Source: an uncultured bacterium
GTDB lineage: Bacteria > Acidobacteriota > HRBIN11 > JAKEFK01
NCBI GenBank assembly: GCA_963777505.1
Contig: CAVZQN010000001.1
Coordinates: 675,792 to 739,791, forward strand
Direction of reading: 5' to 3'
Length of the DNA: 64,000 nt
The position numbers and the translations under genes are program-made. The notes beneath the pieces are model-generated. The model saw only the letters and a program-made list of their open reading frames with translations. It ran no database searches and was not told where the DNA came from. Position 1 is the stretch's first letter; every line of letters starts with the position of its first letter. Shown here one piece after another: positions 22,162 to 31,290 of the stretch.

Positions 22162-22512
22162 CTAAATTCGAACCTCGCGTTGGGATGCCCCGACGGAACC
22201 CCTTCTAATGATCACTTTTGCATTTCTACATAGTGGGTATTCGCGCAAGACGGGTTCGATTGCGGCAAACAATAATTCAGCATCCGGGCCGTACAAATAA
22301 ACGAGCGTTTCACCAGGTCCACTCTCATTGCCGTCATATTCGCCTAAACCATCACGAACTACCGATTGTAGTTTTTCTTCAAGAGTCATGAGATCGCAAG
22401 TGGCGTAGATCTCATCAGGAAGATTCATACCATCAAGATGGATGATAACCGCCTGCTCGTTTTTTAAAAGAGCCTTCGCTTTTTTCCCAAATAGTTGATC
22501 GAAAATACCCAT
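22162..22512 (-). CDS. Cassette-borne hypothetical protein
   Basis: Single ORF bounded by GTTGGGC and GCCGAAC; YDGNESG...LYGPDAELLF. Confidence 0.75.
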   Translation of the reverse strand: MGIFDQLFGKKAKALLKNEQAVIIHLDGMNLPDEIYATCDLMTLEEKLQSVVRDGLGEYDGNESGPGETLVYLYGPDAELLFAAIEPVLREYPLCRNAKVIIRRGSVGASQREVRI

Positions 22513-22525
22513 ATATTCCTGTGCG

Positions 22526-22583
22526 GCCCAACGCTCCGATTCAGCGGCGGCGCAGCGCCGTCCGCTGCAACCGGTTGTTAGGC
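22526..22583 (-). other. Integron attC site (58 bp, classic)
   Basis: GCCTAAC-aaccggttgCAGCGGacggcgctgcgccgCCGCTGaatcggagc-GTTGGGC; the upstream gene's TAA lies inside GCCTAAC. Confidence 0.92.
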
Positions 22584-23879
22584 GGCGCTGGCATTGACAG
22601 ATCGACTCCTACGCTTGCGTCGAATCGACCAGGCGATTGTTGGCACAGCCAGGACGATCACGAGGCTGCCGAGACCGATCAGGCGAAGCATCCCCGGGAT
22701 CGCCATCGTGAACGCGAGGAAGTCCACGTTGCCCGTTTCCCAGAAGACCCACTCGCCGGCCAGCCGCGTAGCGAGGAGGGGCTTACCGGTCTCGAGAATC
22801 ACGATGCCGTTGCCGGTGGCCGGGTTGAGACGTGCGGCGGTATTTATCGCAGGCTCGTTGTTGCCGTCATGACCGACGACGAAGCCACCTTTGTTGTTGC
22901 TGGCGTACAGGATGGTTCCAAGGCCCCAGATGTCTTCCGAAAACTTGGATGCGTGCGGCCGCCACATCTCGTTGATGATTGCTGGCGCAAGCACGCCGCG
23001 CCCAATCGGCTCGCCGTTCTTTCCCGGTAGGTGGGCCTGAACGAAACGCGTGAGGTCGGACACCGACGTGTACAGCGACGTAGCCGCAACCGCCGAAAAA
23101 CGATAGTGAGTCGACGGTTTGGAGTCGACGTCGTAGAACGTCGCGAGTGTCGATCCCTCTGCAGGTGTCCAACTGTATGACGAGCGAACCATACCCAAGG
23201 GTCGGAAGATGACGCGCTGCATGAAGCCCTCGAACGATTCGCCGCTCACTTCTTCGATCAGGAGCTGAAGGATTGCATAGCCACCTCCCGAGTACCGCCA
23301 CTCGGACCCGGGCTCGTATCCGACCTCTATAGTGCCGCTGGCCCCGGGAGACACATCCGCGGGTCGCTTGAGGGATTCTTCCAGTGACTGCACGGCCGCG
23401 TTGGGCGCGAAGCCGGCGTAGCCAAGTCCGTCGGTGAGCCCGGCGGTGTGACTCAGCAGCCGCCGCACCGTCACCTTGTTGTTGTCGAACTTGCTTTCGG
23501 GGAGCGCCCACCGGGTCAGGTAGGTGCTAACGGGTGCGTCCAGGTCGAGCTTTCCCTCTTGGACGAGCGCCATAACACCCCAAGCGGTGATCCACTTGCT
23601 GAGAGAAGCGGTTTGGAACACGGTATTCACGTCCACCGCTTCGCCGACGGAGACGGCATGGACGCCGTGGACAGAGCCATCGTCGATTACGGCGAACACA
23701 GCGTTGCCTGTGTTGCTGGAATCGACGAGCTTGGCAGCGGCGTCCATGAACCCGGCGGTGTCACCGCGAGGAGCGAGTGTCTGCTTCCACCAGCCTTCCG
23801 AGGTCCCAACGAACACGACGACGGCCCACAGAACGAGGAGCGCGAGAGTTGCTAAACCGACGCGAAACACAGCTTTCAT
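22578..23879 (-). CDS. Cassette-borne serine hydrolase (class C beta-lactamase/PBP-like) with two membrane anchors
   Basis: SxxK (TASLSK), LLSHTAGL, YSGGGY, GHDG; hydrophobic N- and C-terminal helices. Confidence 0.88.
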   Translation of the reverse strand: MKAVFRVGLATLALLVLWAVVVFVGTSEGWWKQTLAPRGDTAGFMDAAAKLVDSSNTGNAVFAVIDDGSVHGVHAVSVGEAVDVNTVFQTASLSKWITAWGVMALVQEGKLDLDAPVSTYLTRWALPESKFDNNKVTVRRLLSHTAGLTDGLGYAGFAPNAAVQSLEESLKRPADVSPGASGTIEVGYEPGSEWRYSGGGYAILQLLIEEVSGESFEGFMQRVIFRPLGMVRSSYSWTPAEGSTLATFYDVDSKPSTHYRFSAVAATSLYTSVSDLTRFVQAHLPGKNGEPIGRGVLAPAIINEMWRPHASKFSEDIWGLGTILYASNNKGGFVVGHDGNNEPAINTAARLNPATGNGIVILETGKPLLATRLAGEWVFWETGNVDFLAFTMAIPGMLRLIGLGSLVIVLAVPTIAWSIRRKRRSRSVNASAA

Positions 23880-23973
23880 TTGATCCTCTCACTCGTTTCG
23901 ATACGCTGATCTTGTTCTTGCGACGCGTCGTCTTTCTAGCCAGCCGCAGCCGCCACAGTGAGAGTCGTACGCC

Positions 23974-24054
23974 GCCTAACGCTTGAACTCAGCGGCGCGA
24001 ATCCGCGGATGAGCGAAGCGAAGACGCGGTGAGCGTCCGCTGCAGTGAATTGTT
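23974..24054 (-). other. attC site, distal part; its GGCT end lies at 25289-25292 beyond the IS
   Basis: AAC-aattcactgCAGCGGacgctc...gcgCCGCTGagttcaagc-GTTAGGC; removing the IS restores GGCTAAC...GTTAGGC (85 bp). Confidence 0.85.
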
Positions 24055-25288
24055 CTATGAAAGGAAGTCAAGTCGAAAGATAGTTCCCTTCATTGTGGGC
24101 TTTCCTAGAATAGCACCCACTGCGGTTGTATTTTACTGAAAAAGTCGGCAATGCTCCAAATGAGTCCTTTGTTAAGGGAAGTTTTTTTAGCAGACGTTGA
24201 TTTTGCAATCACTTTATTTTGTGCTGAAAATTTTTTCTTACTGATTTAGCCGAAAATGATTTTTGGTAACCAAAGTTCTATTTGTGGCTCAAAGGCCAAC
24301 GGCCATTATCCGTTTATCCGAAGGGGCATACCGTTAGGCAGGTGCCTGGCTGGTTGTATAGCCGGCTGACAACTCACTTTGATGCTCACCTTCGATTGGC
24401 AGCAATGAAAAATTCAGCAACGCCTGAATTCAGCAATGAATCGTGGCTCGCCTGTTTTCCATCGCTAATTGAACGAAATCATTTTTGCTGTACTAAATGT
24501 TTCACCTCGCTTCCAAAGAATAAGAGTGATTGATGCAAGTTTTCTTGCAATCGAAAGGATTGCCATTTCGGCCCGAATCCCTTTGGCAATCTTTCGCCGG
24601 TACAATGTTTTCATCGGATCTTTTCGGATTGCTTCCACTGCCGCACTCTTAAAAACCATTTTTAGAATGCGATTGTAATCGCGCGTAAGACCGCGAGTGG
24701 CATGCTTGTGCTGTTTTCGAATGACCGGCCACCGATGATGTCATGATCAGAACTGGAATGAATGACAACCGATAATCCACTGTAACTGCAAAGCTGACGG
24801 TCGGTTCGAAAACGGTGCGGAGTACCAATGACAGCTATCATAAACGCTGCGCGAATTGGACCAAAACCGGGAATCCCACGCAAAATCCTTTGTATTGGAT
24901 AACGCCTGGCTTCCTTTAGAAATACTTTCTTGATTTCTTTGCGTTGTTCTTTGAGTAAATCTAACTGAGTGTAGTAAAGAACAGCTCGCATCCTACTTTC
25001 ATCAATTGGAAATTTCGAAAGCCACTCTTGCCGATTTCGTTTGTAATAAACATCTCGACCCACACAGCAAATCGACCAACCTCGGTAAAGCGCCTTGATC
25101 CGATTCATCACTCGAATTGAATCACTGACTGTGGCTAAATAACCATGAGCCAAGTCCCTCAGTTTGCGAGTGTTTCGATCCCCTTGATAGATTTTGTTTA
25201 GTTCGCCAAGCCGTAACCAATTTGCTATTAGTTGTAGTTTCATCAACCACAGACTAACACTCAGGGGTGCCCTTTCTATATATCCGTT
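24055..25288 (-). mobile_element. Defective IS110-family, IS1111-type insertion sequence inside attC
   Basis: Transposase remnant, ~400 bp 3' non-coding end, imperfect subterminal IRs (GAAAGG/CCTTTC), AAC core at both junctions. Confidence 0.8.
24465..25246 (-). pseudogene. IS110-family transposase remnant (N-terminal DEDD domain missing, frameshift near 24725)
   Basis: IPGFGPIRAA, HRF, YSGL...SS, IARKL motifs of the C-terminal domain, split over two frames. Confidence 0.85.
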
Positions 25289-25315
25289 AGCCGGCCTGAC
25301 GGGACAACGGTCGTT

Positions 25316-26587
25316 TTAACGACGGGAGGCTCCCGCCGCGCGGGCCGGATCCGGGTTCAGCCGATCGAGACCCACTCGCCCATTGCTGATCACGAGCAGT
25401 GGGTCTTGCACGGTGGTAATGTCCTCGAGCGGGTTCTTTTCGATAGCGATGAGGTCTGCCTCGTACCCGGCTTCAACCAACCCGATCGACTTTTCCAACT
25501 GCAGCATTTCAGCAGCACGGATCGTCACCGCCTGAATGGACTCGAGCGGTGTAAAACCCAATTCGACAAAATACGTCATCTCTTGCCCGATGCGGATAAG
25601 ACTGTTTGGCTCGTAATTTGTGTCCGTGGCAGCGACTATTCTTGTCCCGATCCTGTGCGCGCGCTGTAGCATGTCGCGTGTCCGCGGTAGCATATGCTGT
25701 CCTCGGATGCGGAGTGCCGCCGAGTCGAAGGCGCCGCCGGCATCGCGCACGTCGATTATCACTCCGTAGGTGGCAACCAGATATACACCCTGCACCTTCA
25801 TGAGCTCTAGTGTGGCGTCTGACAGGTACGTGCCGTGCTCGATACTGCGCGCGCCCGCCCTGATCGCCGCTACTGCGCCTTCATCTCCGTGTGCGTGGGC
25901 CTGAACCGGCACGTTCTTGGTGGCGGCTTCCTGGACGATTGCGCGAATTTCGTCCTCGGTGTAGACCTGTTTACGGGGATCGGTGTCGGCTGTGGCAGCG
26001 CGCTCCGTGGCATGAACCTTGATCCAGTCGACGCCGTGCGAGAGATTCATCCGGACCGCCCGTCGTATGCGGTCGATTGTCGTGACGCCGGCCATCAAAT
26101 CCCAGTACTGGGGATCGGATAAGAAAGCTTCGTTCGCGAGCTGTGGACGCACATGGTAGCCGGCGGCGAGGACGTCTGGACCGGCTAATGCGCCCGTCTT
26201 CACGAGCTCGCGGAAGCCGACGTCGGTGTAATTAGACACGCCACCACTACGCGCCGTAGTCACGCCCGATTCGAGTGCGCGCCGGAACGCCTCCAGGTTC
26301 GCTGCGTGCATGTGCGCGTCGATGAGCCCGGGCAATACATACTTCCCTTTTAGATCGACCCTCTTTGTATCGGCTGGTGGCGGATTCGAGCCGATCGATT
26401 CGATCTTTCCGTTGCGCAGGACGATCGTCGCGCTTGCGGTAATGCGACCGCTGCGAACGTCGACGATGCTCGCATTCATCAACGCGAGAGGGTCATCTGA
26501 GTTTGTCGTTAGTACCTGTGCCGTCGCGCCAACAGAAAGGCAGATAGCGGCAACGAGGCAGAGAGCAGTCACTATGAGTGGTCGCAT
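25316..26587 (-). CDS. Cassette-borne secreted metal-dependent amidohydrolase (Xaa-Pro dipeptidase-like)
   Basis: PGLIDAHMH, DWIK, AHAHG, SIEHG, ATD; AGGAGG RBS; cassette ends GTTAGCC/GGCTAAC are complementary. Confidence 0.9.
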   Translation of the reverse strand: MRPLIVTALCLVAAICLSVGATAQVLTTNSDDPLALMNASIVDVRSGRITASATIVLRNGKIESIGSNPPPADTKRVDLKGKYVLPGLIDAHMHAANLEAFRRALESGVTTARSGGVSNYTDVGFRELVKTGALAGPDVLAAGYHVRPQLANEAFLSDPQYWDLMAGVTTIDRIRRAVRMNLSHGVDWIKVHATERAATADTDPRKQVYTEDEIRAIVQEAATKNVPVQAHAHGDEGAVAAIRAGARSIEHGTYLSDATLELMKVQGVYLVATYGVIIDVRDAGGAFDSAALRIRGQHMLPRTRDMLQRAHRIGTRIVAATDTNYEPNSLIRIGQEMTYFVELGFTPLESIQAVTIRAAEMLQLEKSIGLVEAGYEADLIAIEKNPLEDITTVQDPLLVISNGRVGLDRLNPDPARAAGASRR

Positions 26588-26631
26588 GAAAATACCTCCT
26601 CCGGACAGAACCCTAGCGTCGTTGGGCGTCC

Positions 26632-26708
26632 GGCTAACTACGCATTATACGGCAACATGGCGTATAACACGCCTTTGGAGCGTATTAGACGCCAAATTGG
26701 CGTCTAAT
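26632..26708 (-). other. Putative integron attI site with adjacent palindrome
   Basis: GTATAAT-N5-GTTAGCC simple site, upstream GTTATAC, and perfect palindrome ATTAGACGCCAA-A-TTGGCGTCTAAT (26684-26708). Confidence 0.6.
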
Positions 26709-26750
26709 TCCATTATGGACGGAAGAGGAGACAACACCAAGAACCGTTCA

Positions 26751-27323
26751 CTATTTTGCAGTTTGGCTAATTTCGCGCGACAACCATGCGCGCGCGGCAG
26801 CCCAATGACGATCCACATTTCGTGGAGAGATTGACATTGCTAGCGCCGTTTCTTTTACAGTCAAGCCTGCAAAGCATCGCAATTTCACAACATCAGCCAT
26901 TTGCATATCTTGTTCTTGAAGTTTCGTTAAAGCACGGTCAAATGAAAGAAGAAGATCAGGATTCGATTGCACTGCGGCCATATCATCAGTCAATGTGATT
27001 CTTCTTTGATTCCCCGCGCGTTTCAGACTGGCTCTCCGGCGCGCGTTATCAACAAGAATTTGACGCATAGCTTCGGCTGCAACTGCAAAAAAATGTCTAC
27101 GATTTTCCCAGCGCGGTTGTTCAGATTGAAGCAGCCGCAGATAAACTTCATGAACCAACGCTGTCGCTTGAAGTGTTTGCCCTGGTTGTTTGGCCATCTG
27201 AGCCCGGGCCATTTTACGGAGTTGTTCGTAAACTAACGGAAATAATTCCTGAACAGCTTCCTTATCCCCCAAGCTGATGGATTCGAGGATTTGAGTAATC
27301 TGGTTACTCGATGGTTCCGTCAT
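26751..27323 (-). CDS. ECF sigma factor, TIGR02999-like (kinase-associated)
   Basis: LFPLVYEQLR, TLQATALVHEVYLRL, HFFAVAAEAMRQILVD, W..ARAWL. Confidence 0.93.
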   Translation of the reverse strand: MTEPSSNQITQILESISLGDKEAVQELFPLVYEQLRKMARAQMAKQPGQTLQATALVHEVYLRLLQSEQPRWENRRHFFAVAAEAMRQILVDNARRRASLKRAGNQRRITLTDDMAAVQSNPDLLLSFDRALTKLQEQDMQMADVVKLRCFAGLTVKETALAMSISPRNVDRHWAAARAWLSREISQTAK

Positions 27324-27362
27324 TCTGAAAAATCTAATCCGCGTTCATCTTATCATGCGATC

Positions 27363-27446
27363 ATTAACCACGGAGTCACGGAGGGCACGGAGATAAGATA
27401 CATAATTTTTTATAAGCTCCGTGTGCTCCGTGACTCCGTGGTTAAT
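27363..27446. repeat. Family D inverted pair (ACCACGGAG-iterated motif)
   Basis: ATTAACCACGGAGTCACGGAGGGCACGGAG ... CTCCGTGTGCTCCGTGACTCCGTGGTTAAT. Confidence 0.9.
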
Positions 27447-27449
27447 CCG

Positions 27450-29255
27450 TTATTGCACGACGGCAACACGTTGCAATTGTTTGGAGAATTCGCGGAGTTC
27501 TTTTTGGTAGGCTTTCATCTCTTCGGGATCAAGCAATCCGTTAGCAAAATATGTGTCAGCAAGATAATGCACTTTGCCGGCATCTTCTTTTAATTCCAAC
27601 GTATAAGTGATGTAGTTACCGGTTTGTGATTTCTTAAATGGCGCCGTAATCAGTTTATGCCCTCCAAGATCAACCGAAGATTCAGCAACAATCCGTTCGG
27701 GATCTCCAAGCGAATAATATTGATCAGGCTGAGGATCGTACGCGAGACCATCAAGCGGTGAATAATTTAATGCGTTAAGCAGCAACATCTGATATGCATT
27801 GGCACGGTATACCGGAACGCTGTAGCCAATCGATAGCGTGCGATCGCTTTCCACTTTGGTTTCCATTTTCCGAACAGGTAAACCGCTGCGGATTACGGTG
27901 TTATAAACATAGTGTTTCACCATATTTTTCATCAAAGCATTTTTCATGACTTCTACAAGCTGAGTTGTTTGACCTGAAGTTTCCATTCGGCCCTGGAATT
28001 TCACTTCCTGTTCATTGAATGACCCTGAAAGCGAAAGTTTCGTAACATTTGAATTCAGAAAATCACGCGGAATTTCGATGAGCTTGTTTGGACCTACAAC
28101 AAGAGCTTGCTTGCCTTGAATGACTGCCGGTACTTCACCAAGTCTGAAATTCTTGACAGTGCTATCGACCCAGGTTCCGTTTCGAACCCCCGGAAGATAG
28201 GCAATGCAGTGATTAAACTGTCCCGGGCTTGGAAAATCTTTATAAAAAAATCGATTGCTGCGCGTATCAACAAGAGCGGGAAAACTTTCAATGCCTGCTT
28301 TTTTCAACAGTGTCACATACAAAAAGGTTAAGTCTTTGCAATCGCCATATTTTTTCTGAAACGTCTGGTTTGTAAATCTAGGTTTAAAACCACCAATTCC
28401 GATTTCAATTGCAGTGTAGGCATAATTTCCTTGAATGTACCTGTAAAGCGCATCGGCAAGTTCGTCTGTAGATTTTGTTTTTGATTTGGCTTCATCAATG
28501 ACTCGATCCATTAATGGATCCCATTGGTAAGAATGTTTTGAAAGTTCTGTGTACCATGTCGCAACACTTTCCCAACTCACCGTTGATAGAGTCCACTTAT
28601 CCGTCATACATTTTTCAGGCAAGAAGTCGACGCTTTTGGTGACATCCCCGTCTGAACGGGAAGATCCGAAGAGCGAAATTTCTTTACGATTTGAGCTGTC
28701 AAATTGAAGAATTGTTTTATCGCCTGTCGATGACTTCTGAATCTTAACAAGATCATCCTGTCCACGATATTTGATAGGGACAGTTGAAGGGAACGAAATC
28801 GTACAGGAAGATTTCTTTAATGGAACATCCGATGCGTAAAGACAAGAACTTATGTAGAGTAACGATGTAACTGCGCGGTCATATTCAACCGTAAATGTGC
28901 TTCCTTTGGTTAGCCATGCCGGAGAAACGGCTACCGCTTTCAGATCGGTCATCATTTCGGATGATTCAGAAATCGGCAATTCTAAAATGTCTTCTTCTTT
29001 GATCTTCTCAACTTTGCCATTTGGAAGATTGACCGATCCTGAAATATTTCGCACTTGAATGTAAGAATTTACCGGTAATATTTTCTGATAACCGGTGCCG
29101 TTTTCCGTTAAGATCCTGACAACTTCACGATGTCGCTCTGTTGCAAAGGCATTTGATTGAACATTAATAGTTACCGACTGATCGACGATTTCATAATCCG
29201 AACAAAATGCAGTTGCGGCCCACAACAAAATGAAGAGCGCCTTTACTTTCATCAT
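27450..29255 (-). CDS. DUF3857/transglutaminase-like secreted protein
   Basis: YTAIEIGIGGFKP, GDCKD, FNHCI, WVDST catalytic triad motifs. Confidence 0.88.
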   Translation of the reverse strand: MMKVKALFILLWAATAFCSDYEIVDQSVTINVQSNAFATERHREVVRILTENGTGYQKILPVNSYIQVRNISGSVNLPNGKVEKIKEEDILELPISESSEMMTDLKAVAVSPAWLTKGSTFTVEYDRAVTSLLYISSCLYASDVPLKKSSCTISFPSTVPIKYRGQDDLVKIQKSSTGDKTILQFDSSNRKEISLFGSSRSDGDVTKSVDFLPEKCMTDKWTLSTVSWESVATWYTELSKHSYQWDPLMDRVIDEAKSKTKSTDELADALYRYIQGNYAYTAIEIGIGGFKPRFTNQTFQKKYGDCKDLTFLYVTLLKKAGIESFPALVDTRSNRFFYKDFPSPGQFNHCIAYLPGVRNGTWVDSTVKNFRLGEVPAVIQGKQALVVGPNKLIEIPRDFLNSNVTKLSLSGSFNEQEVKFQGRMETSGQTTQLVEVMKNALMKNMVKHYVYNTVIRSGLPVRKMETKVESDRTLSIGYSVPVYRANAYQMLLLNALNYSPLDGLAYDPQPDQYYSLGDPERIVAESSVDLGGHKLITAPFKKSQTGNYITYTLELKEDAGKVHYLADTYFANGLLDPEEMKAYQKELREFSKQLQRVAVVQ

Positions 29256-31252
29256 TTATCCCCCGATGCCGCCAACGTAATTTTTTGAGGTGCAGGTTGA
29301 GTTGATGGCTTGAAATCAGGAGACATCAAAATCATCCAATAATGATTCGCATGATAGCGATCAAGGAATTCAGCAAATTTGGGAAAGAGTGATTGTCGTA
29401 CAAGCATGTCTCGTATCGATAAATTTTCGGTGATACGAAGCTGCTGATTTGTCCGGCTAAATTGCAATGAGTATCGAAGCGGAGTACATAAAATTTCAGT
29501 TGATGCCGGAAGTACTGGCACCATCCCGGGTTCAAGCTGAATTGTAATTGTTGATGAAAGTTCACCAGCAATTGGAAGAAGGAGTGGATTAGAGCGTCCT
29601 TCTACCAAAGATTGTCGGAATACAAATCCTGGATCCCAAAATTCATTAATGATAGTTTCCATGCTCGGGACGCCTTTGTTCCGTTTTGAAGTTCCTCTTC
29701 CCTTCACTTCAATTCCGTTACCAACAAAACTGTATTCAACGTTCTGTAATTGATCTGCATGAATTCGGCTGCGAGCTTCAACCGCAAGGACATTTTTTAA
29801 TACTGCATCACCTTCCTGTCTGTAGATATCAATCCATTTCCTTTGGAGCTCTCCGCCTAAATACCAGCGGAAATCAAGATTCCATGCATCCGCTGCAGGC
29901 ACAAGATTCAGATCCAAATGCATTTTGTTTCCTTCGCGAAACAACATGGTCGTTAAGTAAGGAGTCATTGTCCGGGTATTAACTTCAGTACCGACAGGAA
30001 CTACAAGTGCAAAACGGTTCATGGCTGCAGATGAAATACCGCCAGGCGGCATGCCATTCCCATTGCAATCAAGCAGGAATTCGGCCTTCGCGGTTTTAAC
30101 GTTCAAAAACATAAGATCAAGATCGAGTGGAAAAGCATTTTCCTTGTTTGCGGCAGGACGTCGATGTGAATTGACAAGCGCAAGTTCCGAATCCATTTTC
30201 AGAAACTTCAAACAGGATGCAAGAAAAAGCGCAAAGTCCTGAGGCGTTCCTACTTTTTTCTCCAATGTTTTTTCTGGATCTTGAAATAGAAAACCGGACT
30301 GAACAAGCGTTTTCTTTACAATCGTAATTTGTTGATCAGCCTTTCTGTATAACAACGGAACAGCCAAAGCAGGATTTGTTTCTTTTCCAACTGCCTCCCT
30401 AACAAACTGTGCCACTTTCGGATTTGCAATCGACGGAATTCGGGCCATTTCAGAAATAAATGAACCAAATTCAAACCAGTTATTCAGGAATTCGATTTTT
30501 TCGCCAAGCCTTCCATCCATGACAAGACGCACACGCGGCTGTCCTTCGTAGGTATCCGGAGAATGTGGTTCGGGTTCAACGGCTTTCACGTTTTCAACAG
30601 TAAACATGGTCCGCAGTCTTCGAACCTGGCCTTCAAGATACTGATCGTTCTTAACCCCGATCTGAGCATTTGCGCCTGTGCGAGTGTAAAAGTACGAATA
30701 ATCTTCTGGATGAATTAAAAGGAGAACTCCTTTGATGACTGGATACGGTTCAGCAAAATAAAAATCGTCAATATAAAACGGATAATGAAACGTGACAGTT
30801 GCCTTAAACTCAATAATGTCGCCTGGCTCCACAGCAGGTAAAGCAAAGCGAACAAAAGATACAGGTGCTGCATATTCAGTAATCCGTTCGGTGCGCATTA
30901 AATCGCGCGATGGAAGATTTACAATTGTGCCATTCGACTTAATCGTCCGGCCATCAAGCCGGCATGAAGAATAACAAGGGATACGAACACGCGTATGTTC
31001 CTTACCGGCTGCTGTAAGAATTTTGATGACCCTGTGGATCTTTTGTTCATGAGTGCTGCCGATCTGATTGTATTCAGTCACTGAAAGCAAGCCGACTGCA
31101 GGTACGTCTGGATAATCGGACGCTTCAGGGATACGTAATACGTTGTAACGGGCTAGCGTATCTTTTAAGGGCTCAAAACGTTGTGTTGGAATTGCATCCG
31201 CTGAAAAAGCGACGAAGACTAAAACGAGAACCAAACAAACTCTTAGAGTCAT
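29252..31252 (-). CDS. DUF3857/transglutaminase-like protein, catalytically degenerate
   Basis: IKILTAAGKE, FALPAVEPGDIIE; GTPQD in place of GDCKD; ATGA-coupled to its paralog. Confidence 0.8.
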   Translation of the reverse strand: MTLRVCLVLVLVFVAFSADAIPTQRFEPLKDTLARYNVLRIPEASDYPDVPAVGLLSVTEYNQIGSTHEQKIHRVIKILTAAGKEHTRVRIPCYSSCRLDGRTIKSNGTIVNLPSRDLMRTERITEYAAPVSFVRFALPAVEPGDIIEFKATVTFHYPFYIDDFYFAEPYPVIKGVLLLIHPEDYSYFYTRTGANAQIGVKNDQYLEGQVRRLRTMFTVENVKAVEPEPHSPDTYEGQPRVRLVMDGRLGEKIEFLNNWFEFGSFISEMARIPSIANPKVAQFVREAVGKETNPALAVPLLYRKADQQITIVKKTLVQSGFLFQDPEKTLEKKVGTPQDFALFLASCLKFLKMDSELALVNSHRRPAANKENAFPLDLDLMFLNVKTAKAEFLLDCNGNGMPPGGISSAAMNRFALVVPVGTEVNTRTMTPYLTTMLFREGNKMHLDLNLVPAADAWNLDFRWYLGGELQRKWIDIYRQEGDAVLKNVLAVEARSRIHADQLQNVEYSFVGNGIEVKGRGTSKRNKGVPSMETIINEFWDPGFVFRQSLVEGRSNPLLLPIAGELSSTITIQLEPGMVPVLPASTEILCTPLRYSLQFSRTNQQLRITENLSIRDMLVRQSLFPKFAEFLDRYHANHYWMILMSPDFKPSTQPAPQKITLAASGDK

Positions 31253-31290
31253 AAGGTTATTAGAATGCCGATATTATGACACGAATTAAT

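Noticed and set aside
22521-26834. Long alternative-frame ORFs in the GC-rich cassettes (for example 22867..23511, 22521..23030, 26310..26834)
   Set aside because: Shadow ORFs expected at high GC; they overlap well-supported genes, and none shows tyrosine-recombinase motifs
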